Part shown: one piece after another, positions 24,501 through 37,760 of the stretch
How positions within the stretch are numbered: the stretch's first letter is position 1
Layout: each line of letters begins with the position of its first letter
Made by a program: the position numbers and the translations under genes
Notes under the pieces: model-generated
Database searches by the model: none
Told to the model about the DNA's origin: nothing
The model's input: the letters and a program-made list of their open reading frames with translations, nothing else
Assembly: GCA_038087875.1 (NCBI GenBank)
Contig: CM075996.1
Location: forward strand, 8,372,001 to 8,436,000
From: Malacoraja senta
Lineage: Eukaryota
Direction: 5' to 3'
DNA: 64,000 bases

Positions 24501-25898
24501 ACCAAGGGCTTCATTGTTGAAGATAGACAGGAGAAGCTGGTGTTTTTTCTGACTGGGTGCAAAGGATCAGAGGAGGGTGCAAAGGGATCTGATGGAGGTA
24601 TTTAGAAAGGGCAAATTGAGAGGAACTGTTCCTGTTGACTGAGGGTTTACAAAGCTGGAAGTAGATTGAAGATGACTGGCAAAAGAACAAAAAGAGGGAG
24701 GAGAAGCAGATAATGATCAGGGCCAGACACTTTGCCAGGGCAGTAGTGGAGGAAGATTCGATTTTGGCATTCAAAAAAAGAGAATTAGCATCTGGAAGGA
24801 AAGAGCTAGAAGGTAAAAGCAAAGGGGTGGACCTAACCTTTGCATGCAGCCACAAACAATTAACTGGAGGAATTCAGCATGTCGAGCACATCTGCAGGTG
24901 TATGGGGAGGGGAGGAATTTATGACATTTTCAGGTTAAAATCCTTAAAGCCTTCGTAAGACATTGATACAGGCTCGATAGACAGAATGGCCTGCTTTCAC
25001 TTTGCAACCAATCTGCAATGCCATCCCTTCTGCTCTTCTACTCCTATCGCGTACTCACACAGCGTTCAGCCCAAGTAGAGGGTATCACAGATGAACTGGG
25101 CCTCTGCCCTTCCGACATCCACCTAATGGAGCAGGGAGGAGGTCAGTGTTAGAAACAGAGGCTCTCCATGACCCATGGTCCAGTGTCTGTCCAGAGGGGC
25201 GGCACAGTGGCGCAGCTAGTACAGTTGTTGCTGCACAGCGCCGGAGACCCGGGTTCGATCTTGACCTCGGCTCCTGACTGTGTGGAGTTTGCATGTTGTG
25301 CCTGTGACTGTGTAGGTTTCCTTGGGGTGGTCTGGTTTCCTTCCACATTCCAAAGAGTGCGGGTGTTAAGGTTTATTGGCCGCTGTAAATTGCCCCCAGT
25401 GTGTGGGGAGGGGTAGAATCTGAGGAAAGTTGATGACAATATGGGGAGAATAAATGTAGAATTAGTGTAGATGGGTGGTTGATGGTCGGCACAGACCCGT
25501 TGGGCTGCAGGGCTTATTTCTGTGTTTGCCTTGTCTGATCAAGGGTCTTGATCCAAAATGTCGCCTATTCCTTTTCTCCAGAGATGCTGCCTGATCGGCT
25601 GAGTTACTCCAGCATTTTGTGCTTATCTTCAGTGTAAACCAGCATCTGCAATTCCTTCCTACACATTATTTATGTGTTGTACGATTCTAACAAACTACTG
25701 GAGCAACCACATATGCAGCTGACCATGGTTAATTATTGGGCTGGACGCTGCATCTGTAAGAACACTGGGGAAAGAGGGGTTCAGAAACCAGGCCCCAAAA
25801 GTGTATCTGACGCACCCTTAAAGGGAGCCGACAAGCTTGTTGCCTGAGCTTTCAGTAACAGTTGTCTAACTGGAATCTTCTGTTACCTAGGTGGGGTG

Positions 25899-26004
25899 AT
25901 GATGAAGCCTTTCCATTCAACTCCTGCCATGCTCAATGTCCCCGCCAAGAACTCCTACAGGATGGTGATCCTGGGGGCCTCCAAAGTGGGGAAGTCATGC
26001 ATCG
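25899..26004 (+). CDS. RASD2: GTP-binding protein Rhes, first coding exon (truncated by the assembly gap)
   Basis: MMKPFHSTPAMLNVPAKNSYRMVILGASKVGKSCI resembles human RASD2 MMK...SVPAKNSYRMVVLGASRVGKSSI (P-loop GxxxxGKS); acceptor ttctgttacctag ends at 25890. Confidence 0.88.
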
Positions 26005-26204
26005 NNNNNNNNNNNNNNNNNNNNNNNNNNNNNNNNNNNNNNNNNNNNNNNNNNNNNNNNNNNNNNNNNNNNNNNNNNNNNNNNNNNNNNNNNNNNNNNN
26101 NNNNNNNNNNNNNNNNNNNNNNNNNNNNNNNNNNNNNNNNNNNNNNNNNNNNNNNNNNNNNNNNNNNNNNNNNNNNNNNNNNNNNNNNNNNNNNNNNNNN
26201 NNNN
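26005..26204. other. Assembly gap (200 N)
   Basis: Run of N. Confidence 1.
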
Positions 26205-26547
26205 ACACACTATGCACCTGTCCTTGGAATGTGGGGGAAACTTGAGCACCCGGAGAAAATCTGCGCAAGTCACGGGGAGAACATACAAACTCCGTACAGA
26301 CAGCACCCGCAGTCAGGATCGAAGTCTGAAGAAGGGTTTCGGCCTGAAACGTTGCCTATTTCCTTCGCTCCATAGATGCTGCTGCACCCGCTGAGTTTCT
26401 CCAGCACTTTTGTCTACCGTCAGGATCGAACCCGGGTCTCTGGCGCTGCGAGGCAGCAACTCTACCACTGCGCCGCCCTGGGTGGACCGAAGGTTCTATT
26501 GTTCCTGTACATGAAGGCGAGGTCCCTGTCGTTCCAAGGAAGCTGAG

Positions 26548-26587
26548 ATGGGTCTGAAGAAGGGCCTCGACCCGAAACATCGCCCAT
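26548..26587 (+). ncRNA. Minimal type I hammerhead ribozyme (Penelope-type)
   Basis: Stem I atgggt/gcccat, CTGAAGA, stem II ggg..ccc, GAAAC, then ATC (family consensus GTC). Confidence 0.6.
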
Positions 26588-26691
26588 TCCCTCTCTGCAG
26601 AGATGTTGCCTGTCCCGCTGAGTTACTCCAGCTTTTTGTGTCTCTGTCTTCGAGCTGAGATGGGAACAGGTTGCGCGGCTGGTGAAACACA

Positions 26692-26724
<33 letters not shown>

Positions 26725-28416
26725 TGAAGCCCAATCCCTGGGAGATGGTGTTCAGTCGAAGGTCCAGATAGAGCCGGGACGCGAGGAGTTAACGGAGCGG
26801 AGAGATTATTTACAGAGAGAGGTAAGTGAGCACATCGCCATGGTAACAAAAGCACCAGGCACATTTAAAGCTCACTGTGTAATTAGTGAGCTGGTTCCGG
26901 GGGAACACAAGCAGGAAGCGAGGCGGACCCGTCCCTGAACCATTCTCCACCCCCACCCCCCCCCCAACTGCCCGCCCAGCCCATCACACAGCCCTGCCTG
27001 GCCACAAACCCTCCATAGCTCCGTTTATTGTCACCTCTACCAAGGTACAGTCAAAAGCTTTTTATTGCTTGCTATCCAGCTAGCGGAAAGACAGTCAGTA
27101 CATGATTACAATCGAGCCACTTACAGTGTGCAGATGATACAGGATAAGGGAATAACGTTTAGTGCAAGGTAAAGCCAGTAAAGTCCGATCAACGATACTC
27201 AAGAGTCAAGAGTCAAGTGCAGGGCTGGGGAACCTTTTCATGGTAGAATGCCGCATCAAGTTAGCTGTAATCTAATAAGGCCGCATCCAAGAAACTTCAA
27301 TTAGATATACTTCAAAATGTACATTATTTTGTTAAAATAGCCCTCATGACTTACTAATGTTTTAATTGTGGCCGTCAGTCGGGGAAGATTATTTCGTTGA
27401 ATCTTCTTTTACTCTTTGGTATTTTAAATATACGTTCAATTTAAGATTAAAATAAAAATAATAAAAGACGAACAAAAACGTATTAATAAAAATAAACGGT
27501 AAACAAAAATGCTGGAGAAACTCAGCGGGTGCAGCAGCATCTATGGAGCGAAGGAAATAGGCAACGTTTCGGGTCGAGACCCTTCTTCAGGTCTGGTGAA
27601 ACACACACACCCACTGTCCACAATTTCTGCTCACACACACGACCCACACAACATGGTCACACTCACTGCCGCACGCAATAGACAATAGGTGCAGGAGGAG
27701 GCCATTCGGCCCTTTGAGCCAGCACCGCCATTCAATGTGATCATGGCTGATCATCCCCAATCAGTACCCCGTTCCTGCCTTCTCCCAATATCCCCTGACT
27801 CTGCTATCTTTAAGAGCCCTATCTAGCTCTCTCTTGAAAGTATCCAGTGAACCGGCCTCCACCGCCCGCTGAGGCAGAGACTTCTCACAGCTCACACCCA
27901 CTGCCCACACACTGCCATGCTCACACTCACTGTTCACACTCTGCGACGCTCATAGTTCACGCACAGCGCACGATCACTGCCCACCCTCCTTGCCACGTTC
28001 ACTGCTCACACTCATTCCATATGCTTACTGTTCACATACTGTCCACACTCGAGTCACCGTCCTCACCCAGTGCTCACACTCCCTGCTCACTCATTCACCA
28101 TGTACCCTGTCTACACTCACTAGCCACATGAGGTGGCCACTCTGGGCCCGTCCCTGGCCACATCAGGGAGTGTGGGCAATGGGTGGCCATTTTGACATCG
28201 ACCCTCACGCACGACCGACCCTCAGACATTCCCAGGCGCCATCTCCCACCACCCAGCAACACTTCCCTGTGTTCTCCCAGCCTGAATGCCTGGTGCGCTG
28301 CTGCTGTCGGCGAGATTTACAAGGTGCCAAAGCTGGAAGAGTTTCCAGGAATGTTTCAAAACCCAATGTCTGGGTTTGCGTCCTTGAGTTAACAGGGCGA
28401 GGTTAAATACACTGGG

Positions 28417-28594
28417 TAGACAAAAATGCTGGAGAAACTCAGCGGGTGAGGCAGCATCTATGGAGCGAAGGAAATAGGCAACTTTTCGGGCCGAAACGTT
28501 GCCTATTTCCTTTGCTCCATAGATGCTGCCTCACCCGCTGAGTTTCTCCAGCATTTTTGTCTACCTTCGATTTTCCAGCATCTGCAGTTCCTTC
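28417..28594. mobile_element. Palindromic Penelope-derived mini-element
   Basis: Inverted arms centred on ttcgggccgaaa; 14-bp flanking duplication ttaaatacactggg (28403-16, 28595-608). Confidence 0.75.
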
Positions 28595-30069
28595 TTAAAT
28601 ACACTGGGACTGTTATCTTTGATACGTCCACGCCGATCAGCAATCCCCACACATTAACACTATCCTACACACACCAAGCCAATTAACCTACGAACCTGCA
28701 CGTCTTTGGAGCGCGGGAGGAAACCGAAGATCCCGGAGAAAACCCAGGCGGTCATGGGGAGAACGAACAAACTCAGTACAGACAGCACCCGTAGTCGGGA
28801 TCGAACCCAGGGTCTCCGGCGCTGCATTCGCTGCAAGGCAGCAACTCTACCGCTGCGCCACCATGCTGCCCCATGTACAAAGTGTATGGGGGGGCGGGGA
28901 AGTGAGGGGGAGGGGGGAGAGGGGGAGGGGGGAGAGGGGGAGAGGGGGAGGGCGGGGAGAGGGGGGAGGGGCGGGGAGGAGGAGAGCATCAATAAAGTCA
29001 ACATTCCGTCTTTAATTGCACAGGGATGGTTTTAAAACTCGAGGGCAAAGGATTTAGGTGAGGGGGGGGGAGATTTTAGCATCTCAGGAGCAACTTTTTC
29101 ACTCAGAGGGCAGTCCCCGTATCTGGAACGAGCTGACAGAGGAGGCTGTAGAGGAAAACAGTTGCGATGTTTAAATTATATTTGAACATGTATGGATAGG
29201 AAGGGCTTAGAGCGCAATGGGCCAAATGGGAGCGGTGAGCCACTATGCCTGCTTAGTTGGCAAGGACAAGATGGGCCGAATGGCCTGCTTCTGTGCTGTA
29301 CAGCGCTGTGACTGTGAGCTGTACCACACCGCACGTGTGCCTACGACAATAAACCGCTCGACTGCATACACTCTGAAGAAGGGCCTCGCCTCGAAACGTC
29401 ACCCATTCCTTCTCTCCAGAGATGCTGCCTGTCCCGCTGAGTTACTCCAGCATTTTGTGTCTGTACGCTGTCATTTTCCCACTCACTTACAGACTGTTAG
29501 TTCAGTTTAGAGATACCGCGCGGAAACAGGCCCTTCGGCCCACTGTGTCTGCGCCGACCAGCGATCCCTTGGCAACAGCACTATCCTACACGCACTAGGG
29601 GCAATTTTATAATTCTACTGAAGCCAAATAACCTACAAACCTGCATGTCTTTGGCGTGTGGGAGGAAACCGGAGCACCCGGAGAAAACCCAGACAGGTCA
29701 CTGGGAGAACGTACAAACTCCGTACAGACAGCACCCACCGTAGTCGGGATCGAACCCGGGTCTCTGGCGCTGTGAGGCAGCAACTCTACCGCTGCTGTTA
29801 CAGTGGGTGGAAGCAAAGGGGTGGGGGGGGGGGGGGAATTGAGGTCCTTGGGCGAGAGCTCAGGACAAGACCTTTTCTTCTCCAAAGATAGACACAAAAA
29901 GCTGGAGTAATTCAGCAAGACAGGCAGCATCTCTGGAGAGAAGGAATGGGTGATGTTTCAGGTCGAGATCCTTCTGCTTCAGATGTGTAGAGCTGTTGCA
30001 GGGGGGGGGGGACCCCGCCGCTCCCTCCTTGCTGCCGCTGAAGCCGGGTCCCGAGGCGGCGGCCGTCCT

Positions 30070-30625
30070 ACATAGAAACATGGAAAATAGGTGCAGGAGA
30101 AGGCCATTCGGCCCTTCCAGCCGGCACCGCCATTCATTGTCAGTATCCACAATCAGTAACCCGTGCCTGCCTTCTGCCCATATCCCTTGATTCCGCTAGC
30201 CCCTGAGAGCTCTATCTAATTCTCTCTTAAATTCATCAAGTGAATTGGCCTCCACTGCCCTCTGTGGCAGAGAATTCCACACATTCACAACTCTCTGGGT
30301 GAAAACGTTTTAAATGGCCTCCCTTTTATTCTAAGACTGTGGCTCCTGGTTCTGGACTCGCCCAACATTGGGAACATTTTTCCTGCATCGAGCTTGTCCA
30401 GTCATTTTATAATTTTATATGTTTCTTTAAGATCACCCCTCATCCTTTTAAATTCCAGTCTTTCCAATCTTTCCTCATATGACAGTCCCGCCATCCTAGG
30501 GATTAACCTCGTAAACCTAAGCTACACTGCCTCAATAGCAAGGATGTCCTTCCTCAAATTAGGAGTTCAAAACTTCACACACACACAATACTCCAGATGT
30601 GGTCTCACCAGAGCCCTGTACAACT
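30070..30625 (-). mobile_element. CR1 3' fragment
   Basis: Same family as the element at 34697-37760. Confidence 0.85.
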
Positions 30626-30660
30626 AATAAGAGTTTACAGCTCCACTCACAGTCAGAGGA

Positions 30661-30862
30661 ATCATTCATTGCAAGCACATTGCTGGCTAACAAATCATTT
30701 ATTGCAAGCACATTAAGGGTTAACAAATCATCATTCATTGCAAGCACATTGCTGGCGAACAAATCATTTATTACAAGCACATTAAGGGTTAACAACTCAT
30801 CATTCATAACAAGCACATTGCTGGCTAACAAATCATTTATTGCAAGCAAATAAAGGGTTAAC
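30661..30862. repeat. Higher-order tandem repeat (about 69 bp = 33 + 36 bp subunits, 3 copies)
   Basis: Alternating ...ttgcaagcacattgctggctaacaaatc and ...ttgcaagcacattaagggttaacaaatc units. Confidence 0.9.
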
Positions 30863-31204
30863 TACATAGCCACATAAAGCGTATAACCACATAACCACAT
30901 AAAGCACATAAAGGGTAGACTCACAGTTCAGTAGACTCACAGTTCAGTCCTGTCCCTTCACCAAGCTGAAAACACACAGACCCCTCCGAAGACCTTTGCA
31001 TCACAGCTAGACCAGAATTATATTTCTTAAGGACAATGGGCAGGTCTACTCGCAGCCAAATAAACGGGTTAAACGCGGGACGATCAGAGAGGTGGCGAGT
31101 GCAACCGAATAGGTTTGGACACAAGGAGTAACTCAGCGGGTCAGACCGGAGAAGGGTCCCGACCTGAAACATCATCTGTCGATGTTCTCCAGAAATCTTA
31201 CCTG

Positions 31205-31615
31205 TCCTGGGACTCTTGGAGCGCAGGAGGACGAGGGGTGATTTTAGAGAGGTGCATAAAATCATGAGAGGAATAGATCTGGTAGATGTACAGAATCTCT
31301 TGCCCAGAGTAGGGGAATCGAGGACCAGAGGACATCGGTTCAAGGTGAAGGGGAAAAGATTTAATAGGAATCTGAGAAGTACCTTTTTCACACAAAGGGT
31401 GGTGGGTGTATGGAACAAGCTGCTAGAGGAGGTAGTTGAGGCTGGGACTATCCCAACGTTTAAAAAAGAGTTAGACAGGTACGTGGATAGGACAGGTTTG
31501 GAGGGATATGGACCAAACGCAGACAGGTGGGACTAGTGTAGCTGGGACATGTTGGCCGGTGTGGGAAAGTTGGGCCGAAGGGCCTGTTTCCACGCTGTAT
31601 CACTCTTGGACTCTA
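31205..31615 (+). mobile_element. CR1 3' fragment (second subfamily)
   Basis: ERRRTRGDFREVHKIMRGID...RTRGHRFKVKG...VVGVWNKL. Confidence 0.85.
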
Positions 31616-32120
31616 TGACCTGCTGAATTATTCCAGCACTTTGCGTCATATTTTTTTGTAAACTAGCACCTGCACTTTCTTGTTTCTCTGAATATTTTTA
31701 GAGTTTGGTATAGGGAAGAGATACAGCAATGAAAACAGGTGCTTCGGCCCACCAAGTCCACGTCGACCATCGCTCACCTGTTCTCACTATATATATATAT
31801 ATATATATATAAATAAGCAGACAATAACAATGCCCAAAGTCTATGTAGAAGATAGACACAAAATGCTGGAGTAACTCGACAGGACAGGCAGATGAGTCTG
31901 AAGAGGCATCACCCATTCCTTCCCTCCACAGATGCTGCACTTTGAAAGCAGAAACGGGGGAAGGAAGATACAAAGGACGAGGTGACTGAGCTCAAAAAGG
32001 AATTGAGTTCTTGGGACGAGGAAAGGAGAGGTGAGGCAGGAAGGTGCTGGAGGTGGGCCAAAGGACCTGTTTCCACGCTGTATCTCTAATGTCTACGATA
32101 TGATACGATAGAACTTTATT

Positions 32121-32580
32121 CAATTTTCAATTCAATTCAATTTCAATTTTCAATTCAATTTAAAAACCTTTATTGGCATGATAAAATACATCGTTATATT
32201 GCCAAAGTATTAAACATAACATACATATTTAAAATGCATAAATATAAATACAAGTATACAGTGCATGGATAGATATGTCCCTGCACATATGCTCGCAATA
32301 GACCTATAGCTCTTTATTGATTGCTACACATTCTTGCAGCTGTAAGCAGTATAACAGAATAGCAAGTTTAGCAATTCAATATTAATTTCTTAGTGTCAGT
32401 TAATGTCAATTAGTGTGTGCGTGCATATGTGCATGTTGGTCATTCATCGTCTCTCAGGTTATGGCATGCTGTTACGTATTGTGCACCAAGATGTGCCGTA
32501 TTTCCTTCACCAAGGTTTATTCGTAGTTTTGATATATAATCTAGTTCTGTAAAATCAGGGGTTGCCAGACTGAGCTTGTC
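32121..32580 (-). mobile_element. RTEX-like LINE 3' fragment inserted in a Rex1 tail
   Basis: C-terminus KLRINLGEGNTAHLGAQYVTACHNLR*, an aataaa signal and an (aattg)n tail. Confidence 0.55.
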
Positions 32581-32975
32581 TATCCCAGGAAGGAAATTGA
32601 TCTTCCGACAGTCATAAAACACAAGATACGTGAAACATGAAATGAAAGTGACGAGTGGGAAAGGATTGGGGATGTGCAAAGATTGTTGGGGGGGGGGGGG
32701 AGTCAGTCTACCCCACTACAGAAGGGGGAGGAGTTGGACACAGGGAAGAAGAATCTCCTGTGGCTTTCTGTCCTCCATCTTGGTGGAACCAGTCTGTTGC
32801 TGAAGGTGCTCCTCAGGTTGACCAGTGTGTCATGGAGGGGGTGAGCTGTATTGTCCAGGATGCTCCGCAGTTTGAGGAGCATCCTCCCCTCCAAGACCAC
32901 CTCCCATGAATCCAACTCCAGCCCCAGGACGGAGACAGCCTTTCTGATGAGCTTGTTAATCCTGTTGGCGTACAT
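32581..32975 (-). mobile_element. Rex1/Babar LINE 3' fragment
   Basis: RINKLIRKAVSVLG...ILDNTAHPLHDTL...HRRFFFP; its (gatac)n tail lies at about 32095. Confidence 0.8.
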
Positions 32976-33784
32976 GGGCCGAATTTGTTACATTGCGATT
33001 TCTACCAGGAACTAGAGAACCACTTAAAAATTCCTTTAGAATCTAAAGTCTAAAGTAAGGTCTGAGGTCACAGCCCATCGCATCATCGGGTGTCCTGGAG
33101 ATTTGGTCATAGAGAGGGACATATGGCACAAAAACAGGCCCTTCGGCCCATTGAATCTCTGCCGGCCACCAACCACCCATTTACACTAATCCGACTCATT
33201 TTATTTTGTTCTCCCCTTTTCCCCATCAACCCCCACAGACTCACACTAGGGACAACTTACAGAGGCCAATTCATCCTCCATCCTACACACCATTAGCAAG
33301 TGGGAGGAAACCAGAGCTCCCAGATGAAAAGCACACCTGGTCACCGGGGAGAACGTGCAAACTCCACAAGGACAGCTGGAGATCAGGACTAATCCCTGGT
33401 CTCTGGAGGTGCAAGACAGCGGCTCTGTTAATCGTAGCATGGCAGCATCTTTGTCTGGAATTGTAGATTGATTGGGTTTATAATCTGATTTCTGGTGCAG
33501 GTGAGAGACATTGGGGACTGGGAAATAGTTGAGGCCGCTGGAGCCTAGGCTGTGTGGGTGTATTTGGATGTGTGTGTGTGTGTGTGTTCAATTACTTACT
33601 TTTATTCCTTTGTGTTAAAGCCTTGAAGTTGAAACGTCTCCTTGAAATATGTACACTCGCATTTTAAGCTCTTCCGATATAACCCCTGAGAGCGATATTT
33701 TCTAGCTGAATCAAACGAAACCACATGCATGCTTCATGAGTTCTGAAGAGATGCATGAGATTGGGTAACGTAACTTTGAATTAG

Positions 33785-34390
<606 letters not shown>

Positions 34391-34696
34391 GGTTATCAGG
34401 AACTATGTTTCCCTCAAGGTTAGTCTAGATGTGGCTCATTATTTTCACTCTTCCACTGATTTTCTGGTTCCTATGGGTAAAATGTGTGAGAGTTTCAAAA
34501 GAAGTAAAACTTCAATCGTTGAAATCTAAAACATTTCCACAGCGTGAACCCTCCAGCATTGGCTTGTGTGCGCTCTGTGTGGAGGGAGTTATGTTTGACA
34601 TAAAAGACAGTCGTGACTTCTATCTTGATTGAAGCATTATTTGATGCAACAGTTCGGATGAGGATGGACACAAAATGCTGGAGCAACTCAGGGGGC

Positions 34697-37600
34697 CATA
34701 AAAACATAGAAACATAGAAAATAGGTGCAGGAGGAGGCCATTCGGCCCTTCGAGCCAGCACCGCCATTCATTGTGATCATGGCTGATCGTCCCCAATCAA
34801 TAACCCGTGCCTGCCTTCTCCCCATATCCCTTGATTCCACTAGCCCCGAGATAGAGCTCTATCTAACTCTCTTAAATCCATCCAGTGATTTGGCCTCCAC
34901 TGCCCTCTGTGGCAGGGAATTCCACAAATTCACAACTCTCTGGGTGAAAAAGGGTTTTCTCACCTCAGTCTTAAATGGCCTCCCCTTTATTCTAAGACTG
35001 TGGCCCCTGGTTCTGGACTCGCCCAACATTGGGAACATTTTTCCTGCATCTAGCTTGTCCAGTCCTTTTATAATTTTATATGTTTCTATAAGATCCCCCC
35101 TCATCATTCTAAACTCCAGTGAATACAAGCCTAATCGTTTCAATCTTTCCTCATATGACAGTCCCGCCATGCCAGGGATCAATCTTGTGAACCTATGCTG
35201 CACTGCCTCAATCACAAGGATGTCCTTCCTCAAATTAGGAGACCAAAGCTGTACACAATACTCCAGATGTGGTCTTACCAGTGCCCTATACAACTGCAGA
35301 AGAACCTCTCTACTCCTATACTGAAATCCTCTTGTTATGAAGGCCAACATTCCATTAGCTTTCTTCACTGCCTGCTGTACCTGCACGCCAACTTTCAGTG
35401 ACCGGTGTACAATGACACCCAGGTCTTGCTGTACCTCCCCCTTACCCAACCTAATCCCATTGATATAATAATCTGCCCCCTTGTTTTTGCCACCAAAATG
35501 GATAACCTCACATTTATCTATATTATACAGCATCTGCCCACTCACTCAACCTGTCCAGGTCACCCTGCAACCTCCTAACATCCTCTTCACAGTTCACACT
35601 GCCACCCAGCTTTGTGTTATCTGCAAACTTGCTAGTGTTGCTCCTAATTCCCTCTTCCAAATCATAAACAGTTGCGGCCCCAACACCGAGCCTTGCAGCA
35701 CTCCACTCGCCACTGCCTGCCATTCTGAAAAGGACCCGTTCACTCCTACTCTTTGCTTCCTGTCTGCCAACCAATTTTCTATCCACGTCAACACCCTACC
35801 CCCAATACCATGTGCTCTAATTTTAGTCACCAGTCTCCCGTGCGGGACCTTATCAAAGGCTTTCTGAAAGTCTAGATACACTACATCACTGGCTCCCCAT
35901 CATCCATTTTACTTGTCACATCCTAAAAATTTCCAGAAGATTAGTCAAGCATGATTTCCCTTTCATAAATCCATGCTGACTTGGACTAATCCTTTTCCTG
36001 CTATCCAAATGCCCCATTATTACCTCTTTAATAATTGACTCCAGCATCTTTCCCACCACCGAAGTCAGGCTAACTGGTCTGTAATTCCCCGTTTTCTCTC
36101 TCGCTCCTTTCTTGAAAAGTGGGATAACATTAGCTGTCCTCCAATCCACAGGAACTGATCCTGAATCTATTGAACATTGGAAAATGATCACCAATGCGTC
36201 CACTATTTCTGGAGCCACCTCCCTGAGGACCCTGGGATGCAGTCCTTCAGGTCCCAGGGGATTTATCATCCTTCAGTCCCATTAGCTTACCCAATACTAT
36301 TTCTCGCCTAATGAAAATTTCTTTCAGTTCCTCGACCCACTTAGATCCTCTGTCCTCCAGTACATCTGGGAGATTGTTTGTGTCTTCCTTAGTGAAGACC
36401 GATCCGAAGTACCTGTTCAACTCTTCTGCCATTTCCTTGTTCCCCATAATAATTTCACCCGTGTTTGCCTTCAAGGGACCCACATTTGACTTTGCTACTC
36501 TTTTTCCCTTAACATATCTAAAGAAGCTTTTACTGTCATTGTTTACATTCCTAGCCAGCTTCCCCTCATACTTCATCTTTTCAGCCCGTATTGCTCGTTT
36601 TGTTTCCTTCTGTTGTCCTATGAAAGTTTCCCAATCCTCTGGCTTCCGGCTACTCTTTGCTGTGTTATACATCTTTTCCTTTAGTTTTATTCTATCTATA
36701 ACTTCTCTTGTCAGCCACGGTTGCATCCTACTCCCCTTAGAATCTTTCTTCCTTTTTGGAATTAAATGACCCTGCGTCTTCCGGATTATGCCCAGAAATT
36801 CCTGCCATTGCAGTTCCACCGTCATTCCTGCTAGTATCCCTTTCCAGTCTACCTTGGCCAGCTCCTCTCTCATGCCTTCATAATCCCCTTTGTTCAACTG
36901 CATCACTGACACTTCCGATTTAACCTTCTCCTTCTCAAATTGCAGATTAAAACTAATCATATTATGATCACTACCTCAAAGCGGTTCCTTTACCTCGAGT
37001 TCTCTTATCAAATTTGGTTCATTGGACAACACTAAATCCAGAATTGCCTTTTCTCTGGTCGGCTCCATTACAAGATGCTCTAAGAATCCATCTTGGAGGC
37101 ACTCTACAAACTCTCTTTCTTGGGGTCCTGAACCAACCTGATTTTCCCAGTCTACCTGCATATTGAAATCCCCCATCACCACAGTGGCATTACCTTTATT
37201 ACATGCCAGTTTTAACTCCTGCTGCAACTTACACCCTACATCCGGGCTACTATTTGGGGGTCTGTAGATAACACCAATTAGTGTCTTCTTGCCTTTACAA
37301 TTCCTCAACTCAATCCACAGTGAATCTACCTCGTCAGTACCTATGTCTTCCATCGCAAGGGACTGAATTGCATCCCTTACCAGAAGAGCTACCCCCCCTC
37401 CTCTGCCCACCTGCCTGTCCTTTCTATAGGATGTATAACCCTGAATATTAAGTTCCCACACCCGATCCTCCTGCAGCCACGTCTCGGTAATCCCTACAAT
37501 GTCATATCTACCGACCTCTAACTGAGCCTCAAGCTCATCTACTTTACTTCTTATACTTCGCGCATTCAAATACATACTTTTAATTCCCTACTCATCTCAC

Positions 37601-37760
37601 CATTCACATCAATCCCTACTACACTTGGCCATACTCTCCTATCACTTTGTGAGCTTTCTTTCCCGTTAATTCTGGGGTCATTAACTATCCCTTTACTCCC
37701 TTTCCCTTTAACTCCGTCCTTGGCAATCCCATTTGACCACCCCCCACCCCCAAGCACCAT
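34697..37760 (-). mobile_element. CR1 LINE, near-complete ORF2 (AP endonuclease + RT), frameshifted
   Basis: YLNARSIR, VGITETWL, GGGVALLV, IYRPP, MGDFN, PTREKAILDLVL, NYRPVSLTS, LDFQKAFDKV, FADNTK spread over six ORF pieces; (atagaaac)n tail. Confidence 0.95.

Noticed and set aside
28260..28400. Myoglobin or CYB5R3 exon expected from human synteny
   Set aside because: None of the frames examined resembles either protein.
30661..30862. CRISPR-like periodicity
   Set aside because: Intervening segments repeat rather than being unique spacers; eukaryotic context; no cas genes.
30935..30985. Minus-strand LGEGTGLN followed by gtgagt, resembling an Ig/TCR J segment
   Set aside because: No heptamer/nonamer RSS, no F/W-G-X-G; a 25-nt micro-exon cannot be supported.
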